A stretch of 64,000 nucleotides of DNA, taken from NCBI GenBank assembly GCA_024137785.1, contig JAHRHZ010000222.1:34846463-34910462 (forward strand), in the 5' to 3' direction. The number at the start of each line of letters is the position of its first letter. Within the stretch, counting starts at the first letter, position 1. Origin of the DNA: Ginglymostoma cirratum. Its lineage: Eukaryota. The notes below the pieces were generated by a model, which made no database searches, was not told where the DNA came from, and saw only the letters and a list, made by a program, of their open reading frames with translations. Position numbers and translations under genes: made by a program. This document shows, one piece after another, positions 36,526-50,310 of the stretch.

Positions 36526-38059
36526 CAGGAATTCAGAAAGTATCCAGAAGTTACCTTATTTAAAAAAATACAAAGCTATTAGAATCTAATGATTAGACGT
36601 TTCATAAAAGAAAATCATTCTTCTGCATTCAGTCTTCTCATCACTGGTTCCTGCACAAAGGTAGTGCAGAATGTTTAAAAATTGGCACGTGAGGCTAACT
36701 TCTGAGCTGGAAAGCACAAATTTTGCACATAACAATATTAATCCTCAAATGTTATCCTACAAATCTGTGCATGTCCTATTTACAAATCTTAATTTTGAAC
36801 TTACTATATTGTTAATGCTTCAACTTGTAGGAGGACAAAAGCCACGTTTATTCCACAAGCATGAAACAACACTTCTTGGAAGAAGCTCCAATATTATTAC
36901 CAAAGCTTTAATGTAAGTATGGAACCATAGCTCTTGTGCCATTGATACATACTTCAAGAAACGCTTCCTTCCCGCGCTGCTGGAGACAAAGAAATACACA
37001 GCATCCTGGAAAATCTTGATGAACTCAAAGGCATTTTGTAGCAACTACAACTGAGCTCTTTAGAACTTTTGTACAGGCCAGAATTGTTATTAATTTTCTC
37101 AACATCAACAGAATGGACGTGCCCAGATGTTCATCCAAGCTGATGACATAATGCTGTTAACATGGGAACTTATGTGTGGAAATAGTAACCTGGGTCTATG
37201 GGAATGTTACTTGTCATTCTGGCAACTGCGTCCAATTCAGAAACGATTTTCAGACGGAATGCTGACACCAACGTCCATGATCTTCACCCAAAGTACCAAG
37301 GCATCACTCTGGGCAAGACTCTCACCCATCAGCCTCATCTTATCAATACTAGTTAAAAAAGTAAAACCAGGGTAAATTTAGTCCAGAAATAAGCCAGAAA
37401 ATATCACGGGGAAGCACAGTCAACTCACAAAGCAAAAGTAAAACTTATCTATTCTATTGCGCTGCCTTATGGTCCTGCAACCACTATAGAGATCATGACA
37501 AATATTTTAAAAAATCATCCATGAAGACAATTTCAATCTCAAGTTATGTTAAATGCCCATCGAAATGAGCAGCTTCGGCTGATATCCTACACTGCCTTGC
37601 TTACCAACTTTCACAGAGCCTTTATGCTTTACAAAAATCAAAAAAATCATGAGTAATGTCAAATTAATTCATCAAGACAAATAAAAAAAACAAGAAAGAG
37701 CTTCACATTAACTGTTCAGCAAACAGCAGCTTACATTCATACAGCTGGTATCAACCTATTACCCAGATGGATCAAACCGTGATACATACTGGTCATAAAG
37801 GATCAACTCCTCAAAGACTTAGCACCAGAGGTCCTGGATCCTGGACATCCCTTGAAGATAGTGGACATTGTGCATTGACAGCATGGACACTAGTTTAGTT
37901 AATGGAAGGTAAGATGGGCTTGACAAATGGCAATCGTGGCCATGAGCCTCAGACCAAGGAACATATCACAACAAGCATCAGCACTATCTATTGTTGAGAC
38001 CTTTCATTTTTCCCCACACTGCATCTCAAGCACCCAAGGGCCAAATCCAACATTCTATT

Positions 38060-38300
38060 ACAGATATTTTTGATCAATCTTTTCAGACATGATATGACAC
38101 ACCCCTGAAGCAGGTGGGACTTAAATCCAGATCTTTTGGCTCAGAGACAGGAACACTAATTCAACACCACAAGAGCCTTTGGTTCATTAGAAGTATAATG
38201 GAATGTCTGTTTCAGAGATGTTATGACTTGATCTATGGAACAGGTGGGACCTCAGCCTCCTAGCCTAGAGGTAGGGACAGTACTTCTGCACCACAACAGC
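38060..38300 (-). mobile_element. Two tandem tRNA-like SINE monomers
   Basis: Two related units (caggtgggac ... caccacaa) at ~38096-38178 and ~38233-38300, homologous in reverse to 46727-47065. Confidence 0.6.
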
Positions 38301-38449
38301 TTAAGAATTGTCACAATTTATGAAATTCAAGTACCATATTTCAATGAAATTAACTTTTCTGAGGATAGGGAAACTGAAATATAGAATACGTTCTGCCAAT
38401 CTAATAATGTGTAATTTTAGAAGCACCATTACAAACTTTTAAATTTAAT

Positions 38450-40180
38450 TAAATCATGGCAAAGGGGCTTCATTGGCTAAGCCAGTATTCAACTATCCAT
38501 TCATAGCTGCCCTTGAGATGATAGTAAGCTGCCTGCTCGAACCATTGCAGTTCATTTGTTGAATGTACATCCACAACGCTGTTAAGGAGGGAGTATCAGG
38601 ATTTTGTTCGAACAGCAGTGAGGGAACACTGACAGATTCCCAAGTCAAACTGGTGTGTAGCTTGGAGGGGAACTTGCAGGTGCTCCCATATGTCTGTTGC
38701 CCTTGTCCTTCTTTATGGCAGAGGCCATAGGTTTAGAGGTTGCTAAGCAGTCTTTGTGAATTTCTGCAGTGCATCTTGGAAATGGGACACACTACTGTTT
38801 TTGTCCGATGGAGGGAGGGAGTAAATGTATGCGGATGTGGTGCCAATCAAACAGGCTGCATTGACCTGAATGCCAACATGCTTTTTAACTTGTTCATGGA
38901 AAGTGAGCATCCCTCGCAAAGCCAGCTTCTGTTACCCATCTGTAATTACCCAGAGGGCCATACAGAGTCAAAAGTGATGCAATAGTTCTATAGTCAAATT
39001 GTAAACCAGACCAAGTCAGCATGGCAGATTTTCTTCCCAAAAGAGCATTAGTGAACCAGGTAGCTTTTTATGACAATTGGTAGTGGTTACATGATCACTA
39101 TTAGTCGATCATTTTTTAATTTCAGATTTCATTCCATTCAAATTCTGCCATGGTGAGATCCAAATCCATGCCCCCATAATATTAGCCTAGGATTCTGGAT
39201 TACAAATCTTGTGGGGGTGCATATTGTTGGAGCGGCACTCAACCATACATGCGGGAGTACTCCGTTACACTGCTGGCACGTGCCTCGTTGACAGTGGACA
39301 GGAAATTGGAAATCAGGAAACTCAACAGTCATTTCTGTGTTACAAGAGAGCATGTAGGTTGCTTTGGGACAATGGTGGTTTTACCTTTTTACCTTACCTT
39401 TTGTCCAGGTCTTGCTGCATTTCGATATGGACTGCTTTGGTATCTGAGGAATTAAACAAGGTGCTGAATATTGTACAGTCAGTGGTGCACATCCCCAGTT
39501 CTGAACTCATGATAGAAGGTAGGTCCAGTGATGAATCAGCTGATGATGGTTGGGCCTAGGGGAAGTCCCACAGCAAAGTCCTGGAGCTGAGATGACAGAC
39601 CTCCACAACAACCACAACCATCTTCCTTTTTGGTAGGTATGGCTCCAACCACTGGAGATTACCTCCACCCCTTTCATTCACCATCAAATTCAGTTTCTGT
39701 AGGGTTTTTTTTTTTAATGCCCCGCAATCAAAGGTGAGCCTGACGTGAAGGGGACTGCCTTCGACATCATCTCGAGGGTTCAGCGCCTTCGGGCATGTTT
39801 AGACAAAGCTGCGATTAAGTTAGAAGTCACATAAGCCTGATAGAATCTAACCTGGGCATCAGTGAGTAGTCATTTCTTTGCAAGTGCCATTTGATAGCAC
39901 GGATAATGACCCCTACCATCATTTTATTGGTGAGCAAAAGTAGACAGAAGGGTTCATACTTAGCCAGGTTGGATCTGTTCTGCTTTTTGTGAGCAGGACA
40001 TTTCTAGCCAATTGTACAAATTGTTGAGTAGCTGCTAGTATCGTAGGCTAGAGGTGGATTGTGGAGCAGTCTTCAATACCATTGCTGGAACATAATCTCA
40101 TATCTCCAGCCTTTTCTTGATATAATATGGAAGGAACCAAATTGGCTGAAGCCCGGCATTTGTCATGCTGGGGACCTCTG
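38450..40180 (-). mobile_element. Decayed CR1-group LINE with a nested SINE (~38880-39205)
   Basis: Colinear with 23450-24930 (catccccagttctga, accacaaccatcttccttt, tttgcaagtgcca). The nested SINE core is cattagtgaaccag...caaattctgccatggtg. Confidence 0.75.
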
Positions 40181-40419
40181 AAGCAGGAGTTTGTTTTGCA
40201 AAACATTTGGTGAGGCAAAACAACTTATTTATAGAATGTCATAAGCCATTTTTTTCAAGAGCGTGATCAATTAGGTCAAAAAGGTCTGTGTCACATCAGG
40301 CAGGGGAAAATCTTCCCAGAATTTCTGTACCAGTAACACCACAGAATCGCTATGACACAGTTAACATCCATTTGGCCGATCTTGCTGGCACCATCTCTTC
40401 ATTACCTCATGCCAATCTC

Positions 40420-41085
40420 CTGGTTTTTCCCGTATCCTTGTATGCTATTTCTAGCCAAATAATTATCCAATACTCTCCTGAATGTCTCAATCGAACCTGC
40501 CTTGACCACATTCCATGCAGTGCATTCCATACCTTTACTATTCATTAAGTGTAAACTTAAAGTCTATGCCCTCCTGTTCTTATTCCTTTGGTGAGCAGGA
40601 GCAGCTTCCCCCTATTTACTCTATCTGATGATTTTGAAAACCTCTATCAAATCTCATCTCAGCCTTTTCTCTCCAACAAGAACAGTCCCAACCTCTTCAA
40701 TCTATTCTCACTGAAGTTGAAACTGAAGTTTCTCAGTCCTGGAACAATTCTGGAAAATTGCATTGGAGAGCGTAGAAGCATTCACATCTTTCCTGTAATG
40801 TGGTGCCCACAATTATACACAATACTCAAGCTGAGATCTAACAAGCATCTTGTAAAAGTTCAACATGAATTTGTATTCTATACACTTGTGTTCTTGTTCT
40901 CTGTACCCTTACTAATAAAACAATGACCTTGGATGCTTTATTATCTGCTCTCTAAACATGTTATGCAACCTTCAATGATCTGTGGCCATATATATTCAGG
41001 TCCCTCTGTGTGTGCACCCTTTTAGAATTGTATCTGGTATTTTGCATTGTCTTTCTAGTTTCTTCCTACAAAAGTGTATCATCCA
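40420..41085 (-). mobile_element. Old CR1 LINE 3' portion
   Basis: Reverse CR1 ORF2 signatures: aaaacctctatcaaatctc, aacagtcccaacctcttcaatct, tggtgcccacaattatacacaatactc. Confidence 0.8.
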
Positions 41086-42218
41086 AGAGTGTTATGATTT
41101 GGTCACTGACAGAAGGTGCAGCTGCAAGCGTGGGAGGCAAGGGGACCCAGAGGAAAGAAGTGCAGGTGTCTCAGCCTCCACAATTCTCCAACTGGTGTGA
41201 GGTTCTCACATCTTGTTTGTATGAGAGAGGGGGCTATAAGGTGGATGAGTTAGCAGATCACGGCACCCCAGGGAAGAGGAGAATCTTCACATGGGGAGAG
41301 AAGAACAACAAATGTATGGGTAGTTGGGAATGGCTTAGTGAGGGGTACTGACACTGTTTGCTGCAGCAAAAGGCAAGAATTCAGACCAGATCTCAGTTTT
41401 GCCTGCCTACTGCGAGCGTTGGGGATATCTGCTCAGGAACAGAGAGGGAGCAACCAAAGAACTGGTTATATTAAACACATTGTGTAAGGTGACCAGATTA
41501 ACTAATGATGTCAATGTTAAGACATCTCGAGGTAGCAGTAACCCCAATGTGCCTGAATTTTACATCCAATTTGAAAGAGAAAATTTGGCAAAGATTAGCA
41601 CTTTAAACTAAAAAAGGCAACTAAGTGGACTGGTAAGTGGGCTAGGTGAAATAAGCTGGCATAAGCTGGGGGGGGGGGGGAAAGGTGGAAACAGATCAAT
41701 AGAAATGCAGTGGCAGACATTAAAGGACTGTTTCAGAATACTGAGAATAAATTTGGTCCTACTCTGAGCAAAAATTCTAAGGCAACAGGCCACCATCTGT
41801 AGTTAACTAAAGTTTGGGGCTTTCCTTAACTTAAAGAAAGCAACATAATTGCACAAAGATGAGTGGCAAATCAAGTGATTGACCAGAACATAAAGTATGA
41901 CAGAGAATGACTAAAGGTTAAATGAGGCAGACATTAGACAGTATGTTAGGAGGCTATTTTGAAATTCAAAAATGGACAGTAAGAATTTCTACAGGTATTA
42001 AAAAGGAAGAGAACAAGTAAAGGGAAATATATTGCTTCTGTTTTCACTATAGAGGATATGAAGAAATCATTCCAGCATATTGTAAATCAGAAGGTAGAAC
42101 GTAGGAAGGGGACTTAGTGAAATTACATTTACCAGGGCATCACCTTTATCAATGAGAGTGTACTTGCCAGTCAGCATTTTCCTTTTATGCAGCGTAAATG
42201 TTGGTTTTCCCATTTAGC

Positions 42219-42436
42219 TGGTGAAATAACTCGAGAGACTGATACCTCACCACCAAATCATCCTTTATTTACACATGGAAAGTCCTTGACACTGATCCAG
42301 CTCTCAGAGTGAACAGGATGTCTGACACTCCTATTCTGATCTGTCAGCCAGGGCTCCCTGATTAGACCAGATTAACAGCCCTAATCAGGAAATTCATTCT
42401 ATGAGGTCTACCTGGCTGACCTCATTACAATCTCCA
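42219..42436 (-). mobile_element. Possible short solo LTR
   Basis: ~218-bp TG...CA segment with AATAAA on the minus strand (~42264), interrupting other repeat sequence. No clean TSD. Confidence 0.4.
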
Positions 42437-43099
42437 GTGGTTTTCTTGCCAATCGTCATGATGAGTTCAAGATGAAAAACTTGATAAATTGCATCAGTCT
42501 TTCTTCAGCAATATTTAGTTACTAGGGAAGTGCCATGGAGTAAACTTGACAAAGCAGACAAGTCCTCACGTTCTGATGGACTTAATTCTACGGTTTTAAA
42601 AGAGGTAGCTATTAAGGTGGTTGATGTTTTGGCGTTAATTTTCCAAAACTCCCTATGGATTCTGAAAAAGATCCATCAGATTGTATTTTCTACTTCCAAT
42701 CTCTCAATTCAAGAAGGGAAGTTAAACTGTAGAAAATCGCAGCATAAAGGAACTTGGGGTACTTGTTCACAAAACACAGAAAGCTTGCTCACAAGTGCAA
42801 CAGGTAATCAGGAAGGCAAATGGAATGTTAGGTCTTATTTCGGGTATAACAGCATGGACATTTTGCCACTACAACGGTGTATGGAGCTCATGAGATTACA
42901 TCTGAAGCACTGAGCGTAGCTTTGGACCCCTTATTTCATTGGAATCAGGTCAGAAAGGTTCACTTGGATAATCCTCAGTATGAAGGGATTTCTGTTTTCA
43001 GCAAGGGCGATGCAGGTTGGGACTCAGTGGACAGGAATGAGAGATGATCTCATTGAAACATAGAAGATGCTTAAGAGGCTTGACAGGGTAAATGCTAAG

Positions 43100-43277
43100 T
43101 TGCCATACTAAATTGTCCATCGTATCCAGGGATGCCTAGGTTAGGTGGATTTACCACGTTAGGCGTAGGGCTACAGTGATAGGGTAAGGGGGTAGGGTCT
43201 GGATGGAATGCTCTTCAGATGGTCTGCGGGGGCTTGATGGGCCAAATTGCTTGCTTCCACACTGTAGGGATTCTACC
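43100..43277 (+). mobile_element. HE1-like SINE 3' half
   Basis: taaattgtcc...ggttaggtggatt...gatgggccaaat...actgtagggattcta matches 55840-56010. Confidence 0.75.
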
Positions 43278-44029
43278 CTAAATGGCCAAGATCTGTAGTA
43301 AAAAATGTTGTGAAGATGACATCAGGAGTTTTCAGACAGCGATAGATAGTTTGAATGAGTAAAAATCTGGACGATGGAGTATGATGTGGAAAAATGAAAA
43401 GTCGTTCACTTTGGCAAGAAGAATAAAAAAAAGCAGAGTCTTAATCAAATGTAGAAAACTGTATAATTCTCCAGGTGCAGACAGATCTAGAAGTTCTCGT
43501 GCACGCGTAACTTGATGTTACTATCTAGGAGAGGACATAGTCAAGGTGGCCAGTGGAATGCTATCCTGTATTGAGTGGAAGTGAACAAAAAGGATGGATA
43601 TTATGCTTCATTTACAGAGTGCAATCATGAAACCACATCTCAAAACTGTGCACAGTTTTGGTCTCCTTATTTAAGGATGAATATAAGTGCCTTGGAGGTA
43701 GTTCAGAATCACGCTATTATATTCATACAAGAAGTGAGGGGGTTGTCTTATGAAGATAGCTGGACAGACTAGGCATGATTCCACTGGAGTTTACAGGAGA
43801 GTGAGGAGTGATTGAATGGAGTTGGAAAGATCTTGAATGGTCTTGACAAGGCAGACATCAAAAAAAAATTTCTTTTTCTAGGTCAGAACGAAAAGACATC
43901 ATGTAAAAATTTGGAGTCAACCTTTTAGGACACAAGTGACTTTTTTTTCCCTTTCAGAAGGTTGTACAACTTTAAACCTCTGTCCCAGAGGCAATGGAAG
44001 TGGTATTAATCAACAAGTTTTAAGGTTTG

Positions 44030-44740
44030 GGCAGACAAGTGGCAAGAAACATGCATATCACACAAGTGCCAAGCAATGACCATCTCCAAAAAAACTACCT
44101 ATCACCCCATGACATTCAATGTGCATTACCATCACAGACTACACTATTGACATCGTCAGGGTGACCACTAATTAGATTATAAATACTGCAACTACAATTG
44201 CAGGTCAGAAACTGGGAATCCTGCAGTAATTCACCTCATGATTTCCGAAAGCCTAGCTCTCAAGTCAGCAGTGAGACGGAATACTCATCTGGATGAATAC
44301 AGGTCCAGCTGAAATCAAGAAACTTGACAACATCCAGGACACAGCACACCACACATTCCCTCCACGATTAACGTGCAGTAGCAGAGTGTGTACTATCTAC
44401 AAGATGCACTGCAGATGTTTACCAAGGCTCTTTAGACAGCAACTTCCAAAACTCACGACCACTATCATCTAAAAAGACATGGGCTAGAAATACTTGAGAA
44501 CACCACCGCATACGAGTTCCTCTACAAGCCACTCACCATCCTGACCTTGCCATTCCTTCAGTGTCATTGGGTCGAAATTCTGGAACGCGCTCCCTAACAG
44601 CATTGTGGATCTACCAACACCGAATAGGCTGTAGCAGTTCAAGACGATAACTCATCGCCAATTTCTCAAAAGGTAACTCGAGATGGGCATTAAATGCCAG
44701 CCCAGTCACCAATGGCCACATTCCATGAATAACTAAAAAT
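44030..44740 (+). mobile_element. CR1-group LINE 3' end
   Basis: ccacaagtgccaagcaatgaccatctcc-type ORF2 end, tactatctacaagatgcactgcag, and tail gatgggcattaaatgccagcc...ccatgaataa. Confidence 0.8.
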
Positions 44741-46199
44741 AATAAATTATAACTAAGTGAGTGAATCAAAACTTTTGAGGAGTATGTGAAATTTGAGATG
44801 CAAACAGAATAACCCTGACCTTACTGAATGGCATAATACTGCTTCTATTTTATATGTTCATCCAGAAATTCCAAATAATCTGGCTACCATGACAAAACTT
44901 CATTCAGTGCTTGGTCAAACATACTTCAAAAGTTGCAGGCACTTCGGCTCCTGGGTCTAATTTATTTTATAAATTTCTGCTTATGCACATTCAATAGAGA
45001 AGTGCGCACACGTAATTGTGCAATTACTAATTTGTGATTTAATAGAAGAGTTCTTTTGATATTTCTCACATTAAGCTGGACAACAGGTTGCTACAGTAGT
45101 AAGACGGAATGGATACCCTGCTTGTAAGCTGAAGCTATCAGCTTTGTTTTAACCGACACCTTATGAACCTATACTCTCTATAAGAAGCAAAAATTATCTC
45201 TCTCATATACCGGAAGTTTACTATATTATCACAATCTCCACGATGTCCGAGTCGTCATTTAAGGGTGCAAGATAGCTCTCTGCCAGTACGTTTTACTTAA
45301 GGCAAAGTTACATTATATTTCAGTGATTTATTCTGTAAATAAAGGATAACAGTGCTGTACATACCCCTGCTTTATGTTTCTATTACTTAGTGTGTCTTTT
45401 TATGTTGATTATGTGGACCTCTTGATCAACCAGAATATTTGATAACCAGTACACTCCTGGTCCCACAGGTGGTAGTCAATAAATGTTTGTTGTATAATAT
45501 TAAGCAAATACTGGATATGGTCAAAGTTTAATGGCATTTTGTCAACGTTTGGCTGCAACTTGAATTTTCCAACATGGGCTGACTTCTACTTGGCCTCTTT
45601 AGATTAGCGAGTGTGCACATCCACACAAAAAAATTTACAGCATTTGTGCACCTGAATGGATAAGCCACAGAACAAAAAAATTTATAGGGAACATTGCCTC
45701 TTGCTGGTCTTACCTTTTTTGGTCTTACCTCATTTTCCACTTTCAAGTGGGTTTGACAAGCATACAGTTAGCATACAGGTACAGCAAGAAATTAGGGGAA
45801 AAAAACAGCATGTTGTTTGCATATGAGCGTTGTAAAGGAATTTCTTCATTCAGGTTATAATTCTTGGATTTACAACAGAAAATGCTGGAAATACTGAGCA
45901 GATCTGGCAGCATTTCAGGAGAAGGAAATAGTATTAAGTTTTACATTAAGGACTCTCCTTCAGAACCAGTATCAGTTTACTAAAGTACAAAAGTAACAAA
46001 GTAACAACAACTGTATGTCTGGCAGACTGTAGATGGTTTTGGTCTTCATATTTGGACATAATGAATGGCTAACCCCTTATTCTTAGAATGTATCCTAGAA
46101 TTCTAGAAAAAACATTTTTACCCTGTGAATGTTTTGATTAATGCCACATCTGATTATAGCAAAGCAAATTTAGTCTTAAACTTGAATTGCGATGGAGCA

Positions 46200-47740
46200 A
46201 AAAATGTGCATCTTGAATAAGGCACACGATACAACCACGGGGTGCTAGTGATTGAGGGAGTGAATATTTGTGGGACTGCTTTGTCCAAGTTGGTGTGCGG
46301 CTTTGAGCATTATTGCAGTTCCAATCATCTAGGAAGCGCGAAGTATTTTCCCATTCTTCCGGTCACTCAAAACAGAATATCCAGCATCTGATCTGCTCTT
46401 GCAGCCACAGTATTTATATGCCCAGTTCAGCTAGTTTCTAGTCAATGGTGACCCCCACCCAGATGTTGATAGTGAAGGGGTTCAGAAACCGCCAGTGAAC
46501 GGCAAGAATAGCTAGATTTGGTTTTGTTGAATATGGTCATTGTTTTGACAATGTATGGCATAAATGTTACACACCACTTATCAGTTCAAGGCCTGCACAT
46601 TGTCTATGTCTTGCTGCTTTAGGAATAGTAAATGGAACTGAACACTATATAATCACACCTAATCGCTGACCTTATGATTGAAGATAGATCATTGATGAAA
46701 CAGTTGAAAGCACTTGGACTTAAATTGGCGTCTTGTGGCACAGTGGTAATGTCCCTACTTCTGAGTCAGGGGGCCGGGTTGAAGTTCCACCTGCTCCAGA
46801 GGTTGAGAATAACATGTCTGAACAGGCTGATTAGCAAAGTATCTAGCCACCGCACCAAAACCGTCAGATTTTACAAAACGAACAGATCGTTGAGCCCATG
46901 TGACTTTCTTAGCTCTTCGTGAATGCATTACAGGATATCCTGAGAAATTAAGGCTGTTGTGACATAGTCATAGTGTCCCTTTCTCTGAGCCAGAGGCCTC
47001 GGCTTCAAGTTCCAACTGCTACGTAAGTGTGTAATAATAACATCTGAACAGATTGATTGGAAATTATGTAAGATGAGGAAATCCTAAGGTGAGATGATAA
47101 GCCTCGGACAACCATAATACAAACCAAAATGGTTAAGTGGGACTCCAAACCAATGGAAGGTTTTCACTTGTATTTGCATTCATTCCTGTTACTGAGCTCC
47201 TTGATATAACAATTTGTCAAAAATCCACCATGATGCCAAGGACAGTCACTTTGCCCTATGAGATTTATCCTTTCGTCTATGCTTTGACTAAGGTTGCATT
47301 CAGATCCCAAGTGGGGTAGCCCCTGCAGTGAGCAGATGGTAATTAGCAAGAGGTTGGTCTCCAAGCCTTTGTTTGACCTGATGACATAAAAGTTGAGAGT
47401 CTGGAGTCAGTCCCAACTAAAATATTACCGTACCACCACTTCTGGTGGAATTGACTTGATGGTGGACAGAATGAACCCAGGGATAGTACAAGATGAGTCT
47501 AGGACATTTGCTGGAAAATATGATTCCACAACTATGACTACATCACATTGCTGGTTTCCCAGTGGGTAGGTCAGTTCCTCAGTTTTGACACATCCCCAGT
47601 TGCTAGAGGGCTTTGTAATAGTTAATTTAGCAGGGTATGCTTTTCTTGATGTCAGGTGATCCATCTGGTTTTAATCTTAAACCTTTGTACTGCAATTTCA
47701 CATGAACTGAGGGTCTGTTCAGTTTTATGACTCAGTAATG
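46200..47740 (-). mobile_element. Decayed CR1-group LINE interrupted by a dimeric SINE
   Basis: Colinear with 24050-24600. ORF 47425-47664 (QQCDVVIVVESYF...TIPGFILS) is endonuclease-like. Confidence 0.65.
46727..47065 (+). mobile_element. Two tandem tRNA-like SINE monomers
   Basis: Units at ~46727-46837 and ~46953-47063: A-box-like TGTGGCACAGTGG, tgtccct..tctgag.cag, B-box-like gttgaagttcc/cttcaagttcc, and shared tail aataacat.t.tgaacag..tgatt. Confidence 0.65.
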
Positions 47741-47989
47741 AATTAACCATATATGGGTTAGAGTAACATATAACGCAGATTAGGCATGCTTGAGGTATTT
47801 TTTTAGCCATTGGGCACTGCAGGGACTGGAGTGCATTTGATACATTAAATTTATGTCCGTGATTTCTGTTTTAATGCTCCTTTAAATGGGCTGAAAGCCA
47901 TTAACCTAATATTAATTTAGTTTGATTCGATAGATTTTAAAAGAGATAGCATCACATCTGCAAAGGTATTGATCTTCCTTCCCCAGCAG

Positions 47990-48232
47990 AGAGTCATACA
48001 GCACGGAAACAGACCCTTCGGTCCAACTCGTCCAGATATCCTAAATTGATCTAGTCCCATTTGCCAGCATTTGGCCCATATCCCTCTAAACCCTCCGCAT
48101 TCGCATACCTATCCAGCCTCTAAACCATCTTCTCGCAGCTCATTCCATACACGCAGCACTCTTTGCGTGGAAAAGTTGCTCCTCGGGTCCCTATTAACTC
48201 TGACTCCTCTCACCTTAAACCTATGCCCTCTA
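47990..48232 (-). mobile_element. CR1 LINE 3' fragment
   Basis: agagtcatacagcacggaaacagacccttcggtccaactc; same family as 17355-18190. Confidence 0.85.
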
Positions 48233-49789
48233 TTAATAAACGAGATAAGTTTTCATGGCAAGTCTACATTTTCATGGCTATCACTGCCTACACAAGATTC
48301 CAGATTTATTTAATTCTTGTAATTTAAATTCACCAACTGGGAGAATAGAAGTTGAACCCATATCACTAGATCACCGGTTCAATAGCATAAACACAATGTC
48401 ACTGTCCTCTTAATCACTGCAATAGGCACATTATGGTTAGCTACAGGGTAACTGTATTCTCAATACCAAATCAATTGTAGATCGGTAAGCCTTTGCTTAG
48501 TACAAAGTACACTGCAGCAGGTAAATTGATTGTATTATGTCATTGCATATTTTTTTTTTCCCCCAAACTGCAGTGGAACAATAAACATTAATAAACAAGA
48601 TTTTGAAAAACAGCCAAAAATATACAAAGTTAAAGTGTATAATTTAAATTCAAGGCTTCCTACCATTCATTTTCTGAATTCAGAAAACACTAGTCAACAC
48701 TAAAACATTCCAACTGAGATGGCATTTAATGGGCATATAGATCCCTGAAAGTTCATTTTAACTTTACAAGTGAAGCCCATAGGCTCACAAGAGGAATGTA
48801 TTTGTCCTAGTTGCTACAATCTAATGCACCTGTTAGAAGAAGGTAGTTATTAAAATAATTTCTTGCACTCCAGTACCAGAGTTTGGGGGATGAGGCGAAG
48901 CTCAGCCTACCACTTTGTGACTTTAGATTTTATTTTTAAACGTACAATCTGCTCTTAAAGGGAATAGTTTGTGATTTGGAGAAATCTATTACAAAAAATA
49001 TTTGCTTTGCATCATTCTCTATTTTGAAGCCCACCTATTGTACAGCGTTTTGATATTCTAATTGGTGTCGAAGGAAGGCAGTAAGAAGCTGAATGAATAG
49101 ACAGAACCAACAGCACTATAACATAGTTCATTTTACTTCTAGTAGTGCAGAATTTATAAACAAAATATGCTGAGATTCTCTCTCTGCCACTGCTGGTACC
49201 AGTAATTCCGCCCTGGAGAGCAACTCCCGCACATTTTCAAGACCGATTTCAGCAAGGACATTAAGCTTAAAGGCACCTAAGAAAACAGAAAATAAAAGGC
49301 ATTTTACAGTAATTAACAGGGATTTCCCAGAACCCTTTTTCATCCATTTAATTTGCATTGGCACCTTCTGCTTCCATACTAATTCAAAAGTATTTTAATT
49401 GGATACTTTAAAAAAACAGAAAGTTCCATCATTCCCAGTCAGTCTCTCCAGACATTTCCAAAAGGTACACCCAGCTTGTTCATAATAAATGTAGCCAGAC
49501 ACATCTAATAATGACCTACTCGCTAATGAAAAAGCATTGTTGTTGCTGTAATTAACCACATGAAGATTTAAGTGCAAGGAAATTAGATCTATTTACACAC
49601 AGTAATCTTGTTGATGAAGCTAAAGCTATGCAGGGAAAGTCTTAATTAACCCTGAAGTGCTTGATGTTCCTTTGTAATGTATCTCCCAACAAATAGAGGA
49701 TTCAAAAATCTAACTTAATACTTTATGATCTGCTGTTATGCAAAATAAGCCACAAAATAAGCCACCATAATTTTATTCTTTACATTCGG

Positions 49790-50310
49790 CCAGATGTTTT
49801 ATATCTAGATTTTCTGATGATACCAAGCGATATGCCATGACTAAATAGTGTGGATAGGAGTAGAAAGTTACAAATAAACATTAATCGATTAACTGAGAGA
49901 AACAGTAGGAGGTCATATATTATGATAAGATTTATTTTTAAGTAGTGAAAAACTGCAAACTGTGGAATAGTAGACACTCAGGGCCCAAGCATACAATGTA
50001 CTAAAAGCTAAAGGTAGGCTGAAAAAATAATGGCAAATGGAATGTTGGTCTTTATCTCAAGACAGCTAGGACAGAAACTTTGTTTATTTGCTAAAACTTC
50101 AGTTAGACCCTAATGTGATTATTGCATTTAGTTCTGCATCTCAGGAAAGATATGTTGGCTTTGGTGGGGATGCAGTGCAAATTCAGCAGAATGATATTAC
50201 AACTAACAAGAGTCAACGTCAGACGTTGTATAGAAGAGACTTTTGGTTCTCGCAAAAGGATGCGCAAACTGAGGTGTTTTATGATGATTAAAAAAGGACT
50301 TGATATGATA
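49790..50310 (+). mobile_element. Old CR1 LINE fragment
   Basis: ggcaaatggaatgttggtctttat, HLRKDMLAL, gaggtgttttatgatgattaa. Confidence 0.6.

Larger units (their letters stand above)
41090..44030 (+). mobile_element. Heavily decayed CR1 LINE pieces with nested insertions
   Basis: DKSSRSDGLNSTVLKEVA...LALIFQNSL (42530-42913) and NCAQFWSPYLRMNISALEVVQ (43575-43772). Interrupted at ~42140-42515 and ~43100-43280. Confidence 0.7.

Noticed and set aside
41262-41275. GCACCCCAGGGAA EBF/ZNF423-like site (also CCCTGGGG at ~18031 and ~18974)
   Set aside because: Isolated matches inside CR1 remnants, not clustered.
42455-42482. ATGATGAG...GAAA hammerhead-like motif
   Set aside because: The core lacks the conserved C and stem II does not pair well; at best a dead relic.
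50214-50228. Perfect palindrome CAACGTC-A-GACGTTG (similar ones at 57181-57195 and 57580-57597)
   Set aside because: Several 7-bp-arm palindromes are expected by chance in 64 kb, and they share no sequence.
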